The notes: a model not told the origin generated them from the sequence alone. Counted from the first letter of the stretch, positions 21,887-32,446 are shown. The stretch: DNA of 64,000 nucleotides from Holophagales bacterium (GCA_031390755.1 JANMTS010000065.1:3205-67204); one strand, 5' to 3'. Numbers and translations are program-made.

Positions 21887-23580
21887 AATTCCTTGCGCCC
21901 CTGAAGGACACATACGGCTGGCTGGTCCTCGGCGCCCTCCTCTTCGCGCTGCTGGTCTCTACCCTCGTGAACGACCGCACCGCGCGTCCTCCCGACGAAG
22001 GCGAGGAGCCGACCTACGCGCTCCAGGCTTCCAGCCTCGCCTGGGATTTCGACCTGCTCTACTCGCAGCAGGACTATCGCCGCTATGTGGATCAGTGGGG
22101 AGTACGCCCGCGGGGCATCGACCTCGAAAGCCGCGACGGCGGCCGGACCCAGGTCTTCGCCCGGCCGTTCCATCACGCGCTGCTCGCCGTCCCCTTCGTG
22201 CGGGTCATGCCGTACCGCGGCCTCCGGGTTGCGAACGTTCTGCTTCTGGCCGCCGCCGCGTTCCTCACCGCCCGCACGCTGGCCCGACGCCAGGGGATGT
22301 CTGCGTCCGGAGTGGGGACTGCCGGCTCCGGCTCCGCCGCGCCGCTCTGGGTGGCCGCCTTCGTGTTCGCCTCGGCGGCCTTTTCCTATGTGTTCCTGGC
22401 GACGGCCGACGTCTTCCTGCTCGCGGTGACAGCCATCGGATTCTCCCTCGTCTTCTCCGACGGCCCTGCTCTGGCCCTGTCGTCGATGTACCAGGGGACG
22501 TCGGGATGGGCGTGGAGAACGTTCGGCCGATGGGCTGCGATTGGCGCGCTGCTGGCGATTCCGGGAACCTACCGGCTGCCCTATCTGCTGCTCCTGATTC
22601 CGGCTGCGATCGCGCTGAACCGGTCGCCGTCGATCCGGCGCCAGCCCGCCTGGCTCGGCCTGCTCGCGGGGGCGCTGGCGCTCTTCGCGCTCACCGCCTT
22701 CGTCCAGATCGCGGCCGGAGCGGAGCCCTTCTGGGCCATGGCGGCCCGCAAGCCGCTGCTCGATCCGGCTCTGCTCGGCTGGAACGCCTGGTACTTCCTG
22801 GCGGGGAGGAACGTGGGCCTGCTGCCGTACTTCCTGCCGGTTCTGCTGGCCTTCTCGGCCTATCGCAAGGACCAGGGCCGCTGGGCGCTGCTGGCCGCGG
22901 CCGGGCTGGCGTCGCTCGGCTTCCTGCTGCTGCGGCCCTACGACTTCGCGGGCGTTGCAGGAACCGTGGGCAACCGGCTGTTCCTCCCCCTGTACGCCGC
23001 GCTCTGGTTCCTGCCGTTTCCGGTCCGGCCGCTCCGGGCCTCCTGGGCGTTGGTCACGGCGGCGCTGGCGGCTCCGCTCCTGTTTCCGCTCTGGATGAGC
23101 CCGGCCACGCCTCACCCGGTCCCGGCCCGGATCGCGGACTGGCTCCCCTACGAGGCCACGCAGCAGGATCTGCCCGGCGAGTGGATGATCCACGACGGCA
23201 TCCGGGTCAAGCCGATCAGCTCCAACCTCTGGCGGGCGGAGACGGGGAGCGATCTGCGGATCGCCGGAGCCGAGACCGGCCATCTGGTCGTGGCCAGCCT
23301 CGAGCCTCTGCGCGGGCTCACCCTGGACTTCGACCGCAACGCGCCGTCCCGCCTCATTGCGAACGGCTCGGAGCTGCGGCCGACGATCCTGCGCGCCGAC
23401 GGCTCGGTCTCCTTCGACGTCGCCCTCGGCTCGTCCCGGACCCACCCCATGGGATGGACGGGCGGCGAGCATCACATCTACGAAGTCAGCTTCCGCCTGC
23501 CGGAGGCCCCGGCGAAGCCGATCGGCTTCCGCATCCGGGCCTCCCAGGATCTGATAGAAATACAGAAGAGCCGAGGATGA
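21883..23580 (+). CDS. polytopic membrane protein, possible GT-C glycosyltransferase
   Basis: TTG overlapping the GT4 stop; many TM helices; acidic motif (DEGEEPTY) after the first TM. Confidence 0.65.
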   Translation: MKFLAPLKDTYGWLVLGALLFALLVSTLVNDRTARPPDEGEEPTYALQASSLAWDFDLLYSQQDYRRYVDQWGVRPRGIDLESRDGGRTQVFARPFHHALLAVPFVRVMPYRGLRVANVLLLAAAAFLTARTLARRQGMSASGVGTAGSGSAAPLWVAAFVFASAAFSYVFLATADVFLLAVTAIGFSLVFSDGPALALSSMYQGTSGWAWRTFGRWAAIGALLAIPGTYRLPYLLLLIPAAIALNRSPSIRRQPAWLGLLAGALALFALTAFVQIAAGAEPFWAMAARKPLLDPALLGWNAWYFLAGRNVGLLPYFLPVLLAFSAYRKDQGRWALLAAAGLASLGFLLLRPYDFAGVAGTVGNRLFLPLYAALWFLPFPVRPLRASWALVTAALAAPLLFPLWMSPATPHPVPARIADWLPYEATQQDLPGEWMIHDGIRVKPISSNLWRAETGSDLRIAGAETGHLVVASLEPLRGLTLDFDRNAPSRLIANGSELRPTILRADGSVSFDVALGSSRTHPMGWTGGEHHIYEVSFRLPEAPAKPIGFRIRASQDLIEIQKSRG

Positions 23581-24170
23581 CCATGGACGAGCGCCGCAGC
23601 TGGATCGCGGAGATCCGGGACCGACTTTCCTCGCCGCCGCCCCGGCGACTGGCGATGAACGACCTGCGCCAGGCCTCGGTGCTGGTGCCTCTCTATGTGG
23701 ACGCAGGCGAGCTCTGGACCGTCCTCACCAAGCGCTCCGACACCCTGACCAGCCACCGCAGCCAGATCGCCTTTCCGGGCGGCGTCCACGAGATCAAGGA
23801 AGACCCCTGGGCCGCGGCCCTGCGCGAAACCCAGGAAGAGATCGGCTTCGATCCCAAGTCCATCCTTCGCCTCGGCGAGCTCGACGAGGGGGATACGCCG
23901 ACCGGTTTCCGCGTCGTCCCCTGCGTCGGCGCCATTCGCTTCCCCTATGACACCACGCCGAACGCGGGCGAGATCTCCGAGGTCTTCGGCATTCCTCTGA
24001 GCGCCTTCACGAACCCAAAGATGGTGGAGGAGCGCCCGGTCGCGGTCAACGGCGTCGAGCGCCTGCTGCGCGTCTACCACGTGGGCAACCGGCAGATCTG
24101 GGGCCTGACCGCGCGCATTCTGCAGAACCTGCTGATCCGGCTCGGCCTGGAGCCGGACACGGAGAATTGA
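23577..24170 (+). CDS. Nudix hydrolase, CoA pyrophosphatase family
   Basis: LTKRS..L..H..QIAFPGG...ALRETQEEIG; IWGLTA. Confidence 0.9.
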   Translation: MTMDERRSWIAEIRDRLSSPPPRRLAMNDLRQASVLVPLYVDAGELWTVLTKRSDTLTSHRSQIAFPGGVHEIKEDPWAAALRETQEEIGFDPKSILRLGELDEGDTPTGFRVVPCVGAIRFPYDTTPNAGEISEVFGIPLSAFTNPKMVEERPVAVNGVERLLRVYHVGNRQIWGLTARILQNLLIRLGLEPDTEN

Positions 24171-24177
24171 GAGAGAC

Positions 24178-24963
24178 GTGACCCCGCAAGACGAGCCTCT
24201 GAGCGAGGTGGGTGCCTTGACGGATACCTCCCTTGCCGCGCCCGGCGTCTCATCCGAGCCTGAGCCCGAGACCTCTTCGAGCAACGCCAGGGCCGTCCTT
24301 CTCCTGAGCGCCCTGGCCACGCTCCTCGTCTACAGCGTCCCCGTTCTGGGCCGCTTCCTGGCCCGGCCCCTGCTCCTCCTGTCGACGCTCGCCCACGAGA
24401 TGGGTCATGGCGTGACCGCGGTGCTGATCGGCGGCGGATTCCAGCGCATGATGATCTGGCCGAACGGCTCGGGGCTGGCGCAGATCGACACCACCGGTTT
24501 CGGCCGCATCCGCGAGGGGCTCTCCCTGGCCGGAGGGCTGGTCGGGCCGGCCGTGGCCTCGGCGGTCTGCTTCTACCTGGGAAGGACCGGCCGGGGCGCC
24601 CGCGCCTGCCTGATCGGGCTGGGGCTGTTGCTGCTCGTAGTGGAAGTCTTCCTGGTGAGAAACCTCTTCGGTTTCGCCTTCGTAGGAATGGTCGTGATCA
24701 CGTGCTTCCTGGCCACCCGGCTCTCTGCCGAAGCGAGGCGGCTCACCGTGGTCTTCGTCGGAGTCCAGCTCGCCCTGAGCGTGTTTTCCCGGGCCGACTA
24801 CCTCTTCACGCCCGCGGCGGTGAACCCGTCCGGAACCTTTCCTTCGGACGTGATGAGGATGCAGCAGGCGCTGTTCCTGCCGTACTGGTTCTGGGGGGCG
24901 CTGTGCGGCGGCGTGTCCGTCGCCGTGCTGATCTGGGGCGTGCGGCTCTTCTGGCGGAAGTGA
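24178..24963 (+). CDS. M50(B) family membrane metallopeptidase
   Basis: AHEMGH motif, multiple TM helices, SD-containing C-terminal loop. Confidence 0.85.
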   Translation: MTPQDEPLSEVGALTDTSLAAPGVSSEPEPETSSSNARAVLLLSALATLLVYSVPVLGRFLARPLLLLSTLAHEMGHGVTAVLIGGGFQRMMIWPNGSGLAQIDTTGFGRIREGLSLAGGLVGPAVASAVCFYLGRTGRGARACLIGLGLLLLVVEVFLVRNLFGFAFVGMVVITCFLATRLSAEARRLTVVFVGVQLALSVFSRADYLFTPAAVNPSGTFPSDVMRMQQALFLPYWFWGALCGGVSVAVLIWGVRLFWRK

Positions 24964-25038
24964 GCTCTGCTACGGCACCGCGGTGGTGCCACGAACCTAT
25001 CCCGCCCGCCCAGGGCGGCCACAAGGGCCGCCCCTACA

Positions 25039-25340
25039 TTAGGTCGCCACAAAGTAAGCTTCTTTGTGACCTAGTAAGTTTACCTTGTGACGACATAACC
25101 TTAAATGTGACGACGAATCCTTGTCTGTTACGAGATAACCTTATACCGGGGCGAGATAAGCTTGTCTGTGACGAAATAATCTTATCTGTGACAACGTAAT
25201 CCTACCTTGCGGCGACCTAACCTTATTTCGCCTCATATAACCTTATGTCGCCTCAGATAAGTTGACTTCGTCACGGGATAAGGTTATTCTGCGGCGAGTT
25301 GAGTTTATCTGTGACGAAATAAGCTTCTTTGAGACGAAAG
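25039..25340. repeat. degenerate ~20.4-bp periodic array, about 14 units
   Basis: Units start at 25055, 25075, 25096, 25116, 25136, 25157, 25177, 25197, 25218, 25238, 25258, 25279, ~25300, 25320; consensus ~TAASCTTRTCTGTGACGARA; AT-rich. Confidence 0.8.
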
Positions 25341-25350
25341 GAAGTTATCC

Positions 25351-25848
25351 ATGCCGTCCAAACTGTCGATTGCCGAGGCTGTTGCCGACCTGGAAGCGCA
25401 GATCGTCGATCTGGAGGCGAAGGAGTCGTACCACGCCGAGCAGGAGACTCTCCACCGCGAGCAGAGATCCGCCGTCGCGGAAACCCTGGCCGGCATCCGG
25501 GCCAAATACGAGGCCTTCCGTACCGCCGCCTCGGAGATCGGGGAGGTCGTCCGGGAACACCGCCCCGCGCCTCCGAGACCCGCCCCCGCTCTGGAAGACG
25601 CCGATGTCCGCACGACCGCCAGCAAACTGACCGCCGTGGTCATCTCCGTGAAGCGGGAGGAGGACACCTTCACCGCCTCGTCGCTCGCGGACGAGCTGAA
25701 CCGCCGCTACCCCAGGCGCCTCGGCCACGAGGTCGACCGCCGAGCCGTCTCCATGGCCCTCCGCCGGCTGATGCAGGATGGGTATGTGCAGGAGGTGGAG
25801 GCCGGCCGGCCGTTCCACGAGGCGGTGTATTCGCGGCGGGTGGGGTAG
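25351..25848 (+). CDS. coiled-coil plus probable winged-helix DNA-binding protein
   Basis: N-terminal heptads; C-terminal FTASSLADEL..AVSMALRRLMQDGYVQEV wHTH-like pattern; AAAGGA SD. Confidence 0.7.
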   Translation: MPSKLSIAEAVADLEAQIVDLEAKESYHAEQETLHREQRSAVAETLAGIRAKYEAFRTAASEIGEVVREHRPAPPRPAPALEDADVRTTASKLTAVVISVKREEDTFTASSLADELNRRYPRRLGHEVDRRAVSMALRRLMQDGYVQEVEAGRPFHEAVYSRRVG

Positions 25849-26143
25849 GGGCGGCTGGACTGAGGGTTGTACACTTGTGTGCGGAAGGAGACCCCCATGG
25901 CACCCAATCTCCACGCCTCCGGCGATCTCAATCGAGACATGGTCCTCCATGCCTACGGCAGATCTACCCTGAGCTCAAGGTTCAGTTCGGAGTCCGGCAA
26001 CTCGGCCTGTCCGGCTCGTTCGCGAGCTCGCCAGGAAGCGGTGCTAGACTTTCTCCAGGTCTCTCTGCCGTCATCGTTCGCCCGCCTTCGTTCGCTGGGC
26101 CGTGTCTCGAAGTGGGGGCATGACAAGAGTCTGGAGGTTTGCC

Positions 26144-27652
26144 ATGCCTGGATCAGTCCGCCGTCTGTCGTTCCTCGCCCTGCTCGGCGCCGCCCTGCTG
26201 ACTGCCGGAGCCGGTTCCGCCGAAGAGGCGCCCTACTCCCGCAGCGAGTGGAAGAAGTCCATGAAGGGGATCGCCCTGTTCTCGGGCGAGATCGATCCCG
26301 AGGTTCCCTTGCCTCCCGAGGCGTTCAGCGCTCCGGCTCTCGCTCCCCGGAAGGGCGGCGGGCGGCCGGCCTGGGTCCGGGTCAGCCGGGACATCCTGGC
26401 TCCAGACTCCGGGAGCCGGGGGCAGGCCGAGACGCAGACCGAGCCGTTCCTCGCCATCGATCCCAAGAAGGACGCGAACCTGCTGGCCGGCTATCAGGAG
26501 GGGCGGTTCGAGAATGGCGGCGCCCGCGTGCTCACGTTCGCGGTGTCGAAGAATTCCGGGCGGACCTGGACCGAGGGGATCGTTCCGGGACTGACCCGGG
26601 TCGACGGCGGGGCGTTCCAACGGGCGTCCGATCCCTGGGTCTCCTATGGGCCGGACGGCCGGGCCTACTACGCGTCGCTGCTGTTCAACGAGACCGATCC
26701 CGACAATGGCATCTTCGTGTCCGCCTCGGCCGACGGCGGCAAGACGTGGGGGCCGCCCGTGGAGGTCCACCGCGGCGGCGCGAACGAGTTCGACGACAAG
26801 CAGGCTCTGGTGGTCGACACCCGCTCCGACAGCCCGTTCCGCGGCCGCGTCTATGTGGGGTGGGACACGGTCCTGAACGACGGCAACGCGGTTCTCCGCG
26901 TCTCCTGGTCGGGCGACGGCGGCCAGTCCTATTCGCCTTCGGCGGTCCTCCACCGGACTGGCGCGAACCTGGGCATCATCCCGCTGGTCGGTCCCGGCGG
27001 CGTGCTGCATGCGGTCTGGTTCCACGGCGACAACGCCCGCGGCCCCTACTCGATCCTGAGCGCGCGCTCGGAGGACGGCGGCGCGACCTGGTCGTCGCCG
27101 GTGCAGGTGGCCGCGGTCGCGGGCGCCGGAGTGCCGAACCTGCGCACGGGAGGAGTTCCGGCGGCGGCGATCGATCCCCGGAACGGAAGGCTCTACGTGG
27201 TCTGGCCGGACGACGTGTTCACCCAGGGAGTCGACCAGATCCTGATGACGGTTTCGGACGACAACGGGCAGACCTGGAGCGCGGCCCGGGTCGTCTCCGA
27301 CGGTCCCGCCGACGCGCCGAGCTTCACGCCGGCCGTGGCCGTGGGGCCGACCGGCCGCGTGGCGATCTCCTACTACTCCCTGCGCAACGATCCGGACCGG
27401 CTGTTCCTGGTGGATCACTACATCGCGCTGTCCGCCAACGGCGAGAGCTTCGCCGCAGCCCGGCGGTCGACGAAGGCGCCCTTCGACGCCCGCTTCGCGG
27501 CGTTCGCCTCGGGGGCGTTCTTCCTGGGCGACTACCAGGGGCTCGTGGTGGGGAAGAAGCTGGTCCACGGCCTGTGGATCGGCACCGTGGAGGCGTCGAA
27601 GATCGACCCGCCGGCCCGCCAGTCGGACGCGGTCGTGATCTCGATCCGGTAG
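26144..27652 (+). CDS. secreted BNR/Asp-box repeat (sialidase-like) beta-propeller
   Basis: Signal peptide; SKNSGRTW, SADGGKTW, SGDGGQSY, SEDGGATW, SDDNGQTW; FLGDY. Confidence 0.88.
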   Translation: MPGSVRRLSFLALLGAALLTAGAGSAEEAPYSRSEWKKSMKGIALFSGEIDPEVPLPPEAFSAPALAPRKGGGRPAWVRVSRDILAPDSGSRGQAETQTEPFLAIDPKKDANLLAGYQEGRFENGGARVLTFAVSKNSGRTWTEGIVPGLTRVDGGAFQRASDPWVSYGPDGRAYYASLLFNETDPDNGIFVSASADGGKTWGPPVEVHRGGANEFDDKQALVVDTRSDSPFRGRVYVGWDTVLNDGNAVLRVSWSGDGGQSYSPSAVLHRTGANLGIIPLVGPGGVLHAVWFHGDNARGPYSILSARSEDGGATWSSPVQVAAVAGAGVPNLRTGGVPAAAIDPRNGRLYVVWPDDVFTQGVDQILMTVSDDNGQTWSAARVVSDGPADAPSFTPAVAVGPTGRVAISYYSLRNDPDRLFLVDHYIALSANGESFAAARRSTKAPFDARFAAFASGAFFLGDYQGLVVGKKLVHGLWIGTVEASKIDPPARQSDAVVISIR

Positions 27653-27666
27653 CGGGGGAGTCGAAG

Positions 27667-27789
27667 TCAAAGACCTCGAAGGAGGGGCAGGAACTGGAGC
27701 GCAGAGGAGCCGTCGCCGCGGACGCGAAGGTGGGCGACCGGCTCGTTGTACAGCAGGACTGCGAAGGCCTGATTCCCGTGCACTGTCAT
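27667..27789 (-). pseudogene. truncated HipA N-terminal-like remnant (40 aa)
   Basis: ATG overlaps the DUF262 stop (ATGA); MTVHGNQAFAVLLYNEPVAHLRVRGDGSSALQFLP resembles the HipA N-terminal domain, then a stop. Confidence 0.4.
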
Positions 27790-29432
27790 GGTTGCGTGGA
27801 ATCGTCGGCGAGATACTCCAGCGAAGGCCGGTCGTTCTCCCCCCAGCGCGCTCGCCGCGCCACGAGCTCGGAGACGAGGAGCCGCACGTGAGCTGCTCGC
27901 GCTTCGAGAGCCGCTTTCGAATCACCGGCGCGCAGGGCACGCCTTGCATCGCTGTCGAAGCCGTGGGACTCCAGGGCGTCGTCCGAGGCCTCGGCCAGAA
28001 TCGTTTCCCAGCTCACGTCATTCGATTCGCGGGGAGGGTGCAGGAGCCGCGCAGCGACGGTTTTTCCTGCCGCCGGCACGCTGTTCATCTTCGGTGTCCA
28101 GACAGGCAGCCGGCCGGCCTTCACCGCGCCGAAGAGCTCGTTGATGTCGACGGCCAGCTCAAGCTCGAGCGGGTCGGCCCGGACCAGCCGCTGCGGCTGC
28201 AAGGCCGCGAGAGCGGCAAGCTCGATCCTGGTTGCGGCGGTTGCCGGACGATAGGGGCTCAGATCCAGATCGACGCGCGAGGGCGGGGGGATTGAAGGGA
28301 CAAGCGCCAGGAGCCGTTGCACGGAACCCTCCTCATCGTCGGCCACGAGGGCGCGATAGTTCTTCCGCACATAAGGCACGCTCTCTCCCCGATGGGCCTG
28401 ACTGACGGCGCCCCGCCAGACCCACCGCGCGAGCAGCAGCTCGGACCGCTCTCTCGGCTTCGGAAACAGATGGTAGAACCGGGCGAGCACGGCCAGCGGC
28501 AGGCCATAGGGCAACACTTCATAGTGCGGGATCTCCGCGACTCCGCGCAGAAGCTCGATGGCCTTGCGAAGCGCCGGCAGAAGCTCGGTGAACGTGTCCT
28601 TCAGCGCACCCGGCTCCCGGAAGCTTCCTTTGAGCGACTGCGTTGCGTCAATGCCCCGGATCGCGAGGGCTGCCTTGTGCAGCCACGGATCCGAGACGAT
28701 GCCGAACCGCACGGCATTGTGCAGCTCGGTCGCGAGCGTGGCGAAGGTCGCCGGCGTCTCTCCCTCCAACCCTGCATGGAGAGCCTGGAACACGTCCTTG
28801 CCCCTCATGCGCTTGCCTGACGTGTTGGCGCGGTCGAAAACGGCCCGCAGCGCGCGCTCGTCGGTACTGTCGACGACGTACCCGACGATCTCGTACTCGC
28901 GCATCCTGCGGGCGACCTCATGGGCCTGCCGCTGCTTCGTCACATCCAGGCGAGACTGGGCCAGCCAGATCCCCAGATCGGCAGCGTCGACAAGCCGGTT
29001 GACAGGCACCCACTCAGGGCGCTCGCTGCTGGCCGGAGGCGCATGAACGAATTCCTCGCGGGCGAGGTCGTAGTAGAACGCGAAGGGGCTGGCCGGCTGG
29101 AGCGGATCCGGATGCAGGAGCGTTCCGGTCAGAGAGGTGATGCGCTGCTGTCCGTCAACCACCCACCAGGCATCCGGGTTCGCCTCCACCTCCGCGGTCC
29201 ATGGACCGAGCACGATCCTTGCTGGAGGTGCCGGGCGCCGCCAGAACAGAAACACACCAGCGGGAAATCCACGGAGGACACTGTCGAGAAGGAGCTGATG
29301 GTCGTTCTGTCCCCACATCAGGGGACGCTGGAAGGAAGGGATGCGGATGCGCCCGGAGCGTACGAGCTCCAGTAGCTTCTGCACGGTCAGTCGCACGCCC
29401 TCGGGACGTTGGGCAAGGGTGATACCCACCAT
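27786..29432 (-). CDS. DUF262 (GmrSD N-terminal-like) domain protein
   Basis: IPSFQRPLMW, VVDGQQRITSL, FDRANTSG. Confidence 0.88.
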   Translation of the reverse strand: MVGITLAQRPEGVRLTVQKLLELVRSGRIRIPSFQRPLMWGQNDHQLLLDSVLRGFPAGVFLFWRRPAPPARIVLGPWTAEVEANPDAWWVVDGQQRITSLTGTLLHPDPLQPASPFAFYYDLAREEFVHAPPASSERPEWVPVNRLVDAADLGIWLAQSRLDVTKQRQAHEVARRMREYEIVGYVVDSTDERALRAVFDRANTSGKRMRGKDVFQALHAGLEGETPATFATLATELHNAVRFGIVSDPWLHKAALAIRGIDATQSLKGSFREPGALKDTFTELLPALRKAIELLRGVAEIPHYEVLPYGLPLAVLARFYHLFPKPRERSELLLARWVWRGAVSQAHRGESVPYVRKNYRALVADDEEGSVQRLLALVPSIPPPSRVDLDLSPYRPATAATRIELAALAALQPQRLVRADPLELELAVDINELFGAVKAGRLPVWTPKMNSVPAAGKTVAARLLHPPRESNDVSWETILAEASDDALESHGFDSDARRALRAGDSKAALEARAAHVRLLVSELVARRARWGENDRPSLEYLADDSTQP

Positions 29433-29524
29433 GGTCTCGAATGCCGCTCAGGGCGACGCTATGTCCTTTCCCAATTCAATCCTCGTTGGTCGATCCAACG
29501 ATCCAGACTAACATGCCTGCTACC

Positions 29525-29974
29525 TCAGCCAGTCCTGGGCGCCATCCCCGCCAGCCGCCGGAACGGCTCGCGCAGCGAGTCCGGCGTGCGGCAGACGCGG
29601 CCGGTGGCCTTCTCGACCCAGATGTGGTCGGTGGTACCGGTAACGAGGAGGTCGTCTCCCTTGCGGACCTCGTAGGCGAAGGTCAGGCCCCGCGAGCCGA
29701 GGCGCTCTCCCCAGCAGACGACGCGCACGGCGTCGCCGTAGCGGGCCGGCTTGCGGTAGGAGACCTGGACTCCCGTGACTATCAGGAAGTAGCCCATGGC
29801 CTCGACGTCGGCGTAGTGGAAGCCGGAGAGCGCACAGAGGCGGGTGCGGGCGACCTCGAACCAGACGATGTAGTTGGCGTGGTGGACGACGCCCATCTGG
29901 TCGGTCTCGGCGTAGCGGACCTCGATCGGGGTCTCGCAGCGGACGGGGCTGGCGGGGGAGGGCTCGGGCGTCAT
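29525..29974 (-). CDS. acyl-CoA thioesterase (YbgC/4HBT family)
   Basis: VRYAETDQMGVVHHANYIVWFEVAR. Confidence 0.92.
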   Translation of the reverse strand: MTPEPSPASPVRCETPIEVRYAETDQMGVVHHANYIVWFEVARTRLCALSGFHYADVEAMGYFLIVTGVQVSYRKPARYGDAVRVVCWGERLGSRGLTFAYEVRKGDDLLVTGTTDHIWVEKATGRVCRTPDSLREPFRRLAGMAPRTG

Positions 29975-30126
29975 GGCTTCCTCTCGGTCTCCTTTCCTGC
30001 GGGCGTCCGGCGGGCGCGGACCGGGCCGTCGGCCGTTGGACACCGGCGGATTGTATGTCATGCTTCAGCGGCCGGCCCGAGGGCCGGCTCTCCGTTTTCA
30101 AGGGCCATCAGGAGGCGCACAGACCG

Positions 30127-30639
30127 ATGCCGATCCATCCCTTTCAGGGCGTGTCCCCCAGGCTCGGAGCCCGGGTCTGGGTGGCTCCGGGGGCGTATGT
30201 CGTGGGCGACGTGGAGCTCGGGGACGACGTGTCGTTCTGGTTCCACACCGTGGCTCGCGGCGACGTGAATTCGATCCGCATCGGCGCGCGGACGAACATC
30301 CAGGACGGTACGGTGCTCCACGTGGCCGGCGATTTTCCGCTGGTGATCGGCGCGGGGGTGGTGGTCGGGCACAGCGCCGTGGTCCACGGCTGCACGGTGG
30401 AGGACGGCGTGCTGATCGGCATCGGCTCGCGCATCCTGGACGGCGCGGTGATCGAGCGGGGCGCGATGGTCGGCGCCGGCGCGGTCGTGGCGCCCGGGCA
30501 CCGGATCCCGGCCGGGCAGCTCGCGCTGGGCATTCCGGCGCGGCCGGTGCGGTCCCTCACGGAGCAGGAGACGCGGCATATCGCCGAGACGGCGGACCGC
30601 TACGCGGCGCTGAAAGAACACTATCGTCATCTTGGATGA
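30127..30639 (+). CDS. gamma carbonic anhydrase family (YrdA-like)
   Basis: RGDVNSIRIG..TNIQDGTVLH..GH..VHGC; hexapeptide repeats. Confidence 0.92.
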   Translation: MPIHPFQGVSPRLGARVWVAPGAYVVGDVELGDDVSFWFHTVARGDVNSIRIGARTNIQDGTVLHVAGDFPLVIGAGVVVGHSAVVHGCTVEDGVLIGIGSRILDGAVIERGAMVGAGAVVAPGHRIPAGQLALGIPARPVRSLTEQETRHIAETADRYAALKEHYRHLG

Positions 30640-30657
30640 AGCGAGGGCGAACGAGGC

Positions 30658-32445
30658 ATGGCTGGACAGGAAACTCTGAAGCGGCGGGGCGCGGGCACGG
30701 TCACGGTCGAGGACGTGGGCAGCCGCGTGCTGCTCAAGGCCTGGGTGCAGCGGCGCCGGGACCACGGCGCCGTCATCTTCCTCAATCTGCGCGACCGCAG
30801 CGGCGTGCTCCAGGTCGTCGTGTCGCCTGAATTCCAGCCCGAGGTCGCCCAGGCGCTCGCTACGGTGCGCAACGAGTGGGTCGTCGAGATCGAAGGCGAA
30901 GTGGCCCGCCGCACGCCGGAGAACGTGAACAAGGACATGCCGACCGGCGAGGTCGAGGTTCTGGCGCGGCGCGGCGAGATCCTGGCGCGCTCCGAGCCGC
31001 TGCCCTTCGCGCTGGACGGCAAGATCGAGGCCTCCGACGAAACCCGCCTGCGCTACCGCTACCTCGACCTGCGCCGGCCCGAGATTCAGCGCAACTTCCT
31101 GCTGCGCGACAAGGTCACGATGGAGATCCGCCGCTACTTCCACGAGAAGGATTTCGTGGACGTGGAGACGCCGATCCTCACCCGGTCGACCCCCGAGGGC
31201 GCGCGCGACTTCCTGGTCCCCTCGCGGGCCCACAAGGGGAGCTTCTACGCGCTGCCGCAGTCGCCGCAGCTCTTCAAGCAGATCCTCATGGTGGCCGGGA
31301 TGGAACGCTATATTCAGATCGCGCGCTGCTTCCGCGACGAGGCCCTGCGCGCCGACCGCCAGCTCGAATTCACCCAGATCGACCTGGAGATGTCCTTCCC
31401 GACCGAGGAGGAGATCTTCGAGCTGATCGAGGGGCTGTTCCAGCGCATCTTCCCGCTCGGCGGCATTCCACTGCCGGTGCCGTTCCCGCGGATGACCTAC
31501 GCCGAGGCCATGACGCGCTACGGCAGCGACCGGCCGGACCTGCGGTACGGGATGGAGATCGCCGACCTCACCGGCCTGCTTGCGAACAGCGGCTTCCGCG
31601 GCTTCCAGGAGACGGCGGCGAAGGGCGGCGCGATCCGCGGCTTCGCGGTGCCGGGAGCGGCCGGCGCGGCCGAGGCCAGCCGCAAGGACGTGGACGGCTG
31701 GGTGGAGATCGCCCGGCGGAGCGGCGCGGCCGGCGTATTGACGCTGCGGCGCAGGAACGGCGAGTTGGTCTTCCAGGTGAAGAACGCGCTGACCCAGGCC
31801 GAGCTCGAAGGCGCGGCCCAGGCGCTGGGCCTTGAGGAGGGCGGGCTCGCGCTGATCGTGGCGGCGCCCGCGTCCGTGGCCGCGAACGCCCTGGGGACGC
31901 TGCGCCAGGAGCTGGCGAAGCAGTACAAGCAGATCCCGGCGGACAAGCATGCATTCCTCTGGGTGACCGAGTTCCCGACGGTCGAGTGGAGCGAGGAGGA
32001 GGGCCGGTGGTTCGCGATGCACCATCCGTTCACCAGCCCCGACCCGCGCGACCTGGAGCGGCTGGAGAGCGATCCGGGCTCCGTCCGGGCACGCGCCTAC
32101 GACGTGGTGATGGACGGCATCGAGCTGGGCGGCGGATCGATCCGCATGCACGACCCCGAGCTGCAGCAGCGGATGTTCCGGCTGCTGGGCATCAACGCCG
32201 AGGAGGCCGAGGCCCGCTTCGGGTTCTTCCTCGAAGCGCTGCGCTACGGCGCGCCTCCGCACGGCGGCATCGCGCTCGGCCTGGACCGGATGGTGATGCT
32301 GCTCGCCGGCTCGAGCACGATCCGCGACGTGATCGCCTTCCCGAAGACCGCCTCGGCCACGGACCTGATGATGGACGCGCCCTCCGAGGTGGACGGGAAG
32401 CAGCTCGACGAGCTGGGGATCGGTCTGGTGAAGGGAGAGAAGTGA
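30658..32445 (+). CDS. aspS: aspartate--tRNA ligase (probably non-discriminating)
   Basis: [40 protein letters not shown]. Confidence 0.97.
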   Translation: MAGQETLKRRGAGTVTVEDVGSRVLLKAWVQRRRDHGAVIFLNLRDRSGVLQVVVSPEFQPEVAQALATVRNEWVVEIEGEVARRTPENVNKDMPTGEVEVLARRGEILARSEPLPFALDGKIEASDETRLRYRYLDLRRPEIQRNFLLRDKVTMEIRRYFHEKDFVDVETPILTRSTPEGARDFLVPSRAHKGSFYALPQSPQLFKQILMVAGMERYIQIARCFRDEALRADRQLEFTQIDLEMSFPTEEEIFELIEGLFQRIFPLGGIPLPVPFPRMTYAEAMTRYGSDRPDLRYGMEIADLTGLLANSGFRGFQETAAKGGAIRGFAVPGAAGAAEASRKDVDGWVEIARRSGAAGVLTLRRRNGELVFQVKNALTQAELEGAAQALGLEEGGLALIVAAPASVAANALGTLRQELAKQYKQIPADKHAFLWVTEFPTVEWSEEEGRWFAMHHPFTSPDPRDLERLESDPGSVRARAYDVVMDGIELGGGSIRMHDPELQQRMFRLLGINAEEAEARFGFFLEALRYGAPPHGGIALGLDRMVMLLAGSSTIRDVIAFPKTASATDLMMDAPSEVDGKQLDELGIGLVKGEK

Positions 32446-32446
32446 G

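Noticed and set aside
25039-25340. CRISPR array interpretation
   Set aside because: Units are contiguous and degenerate with no unique spacers, and there are no cas genes
25897-27891. ORF with a good AAGGAG SD starting MAPNLHASG
   Set aside because: Runs as an Arg/Gly/Pro-rich shadow frame over the BNR-repeat gene; no recognisable domain
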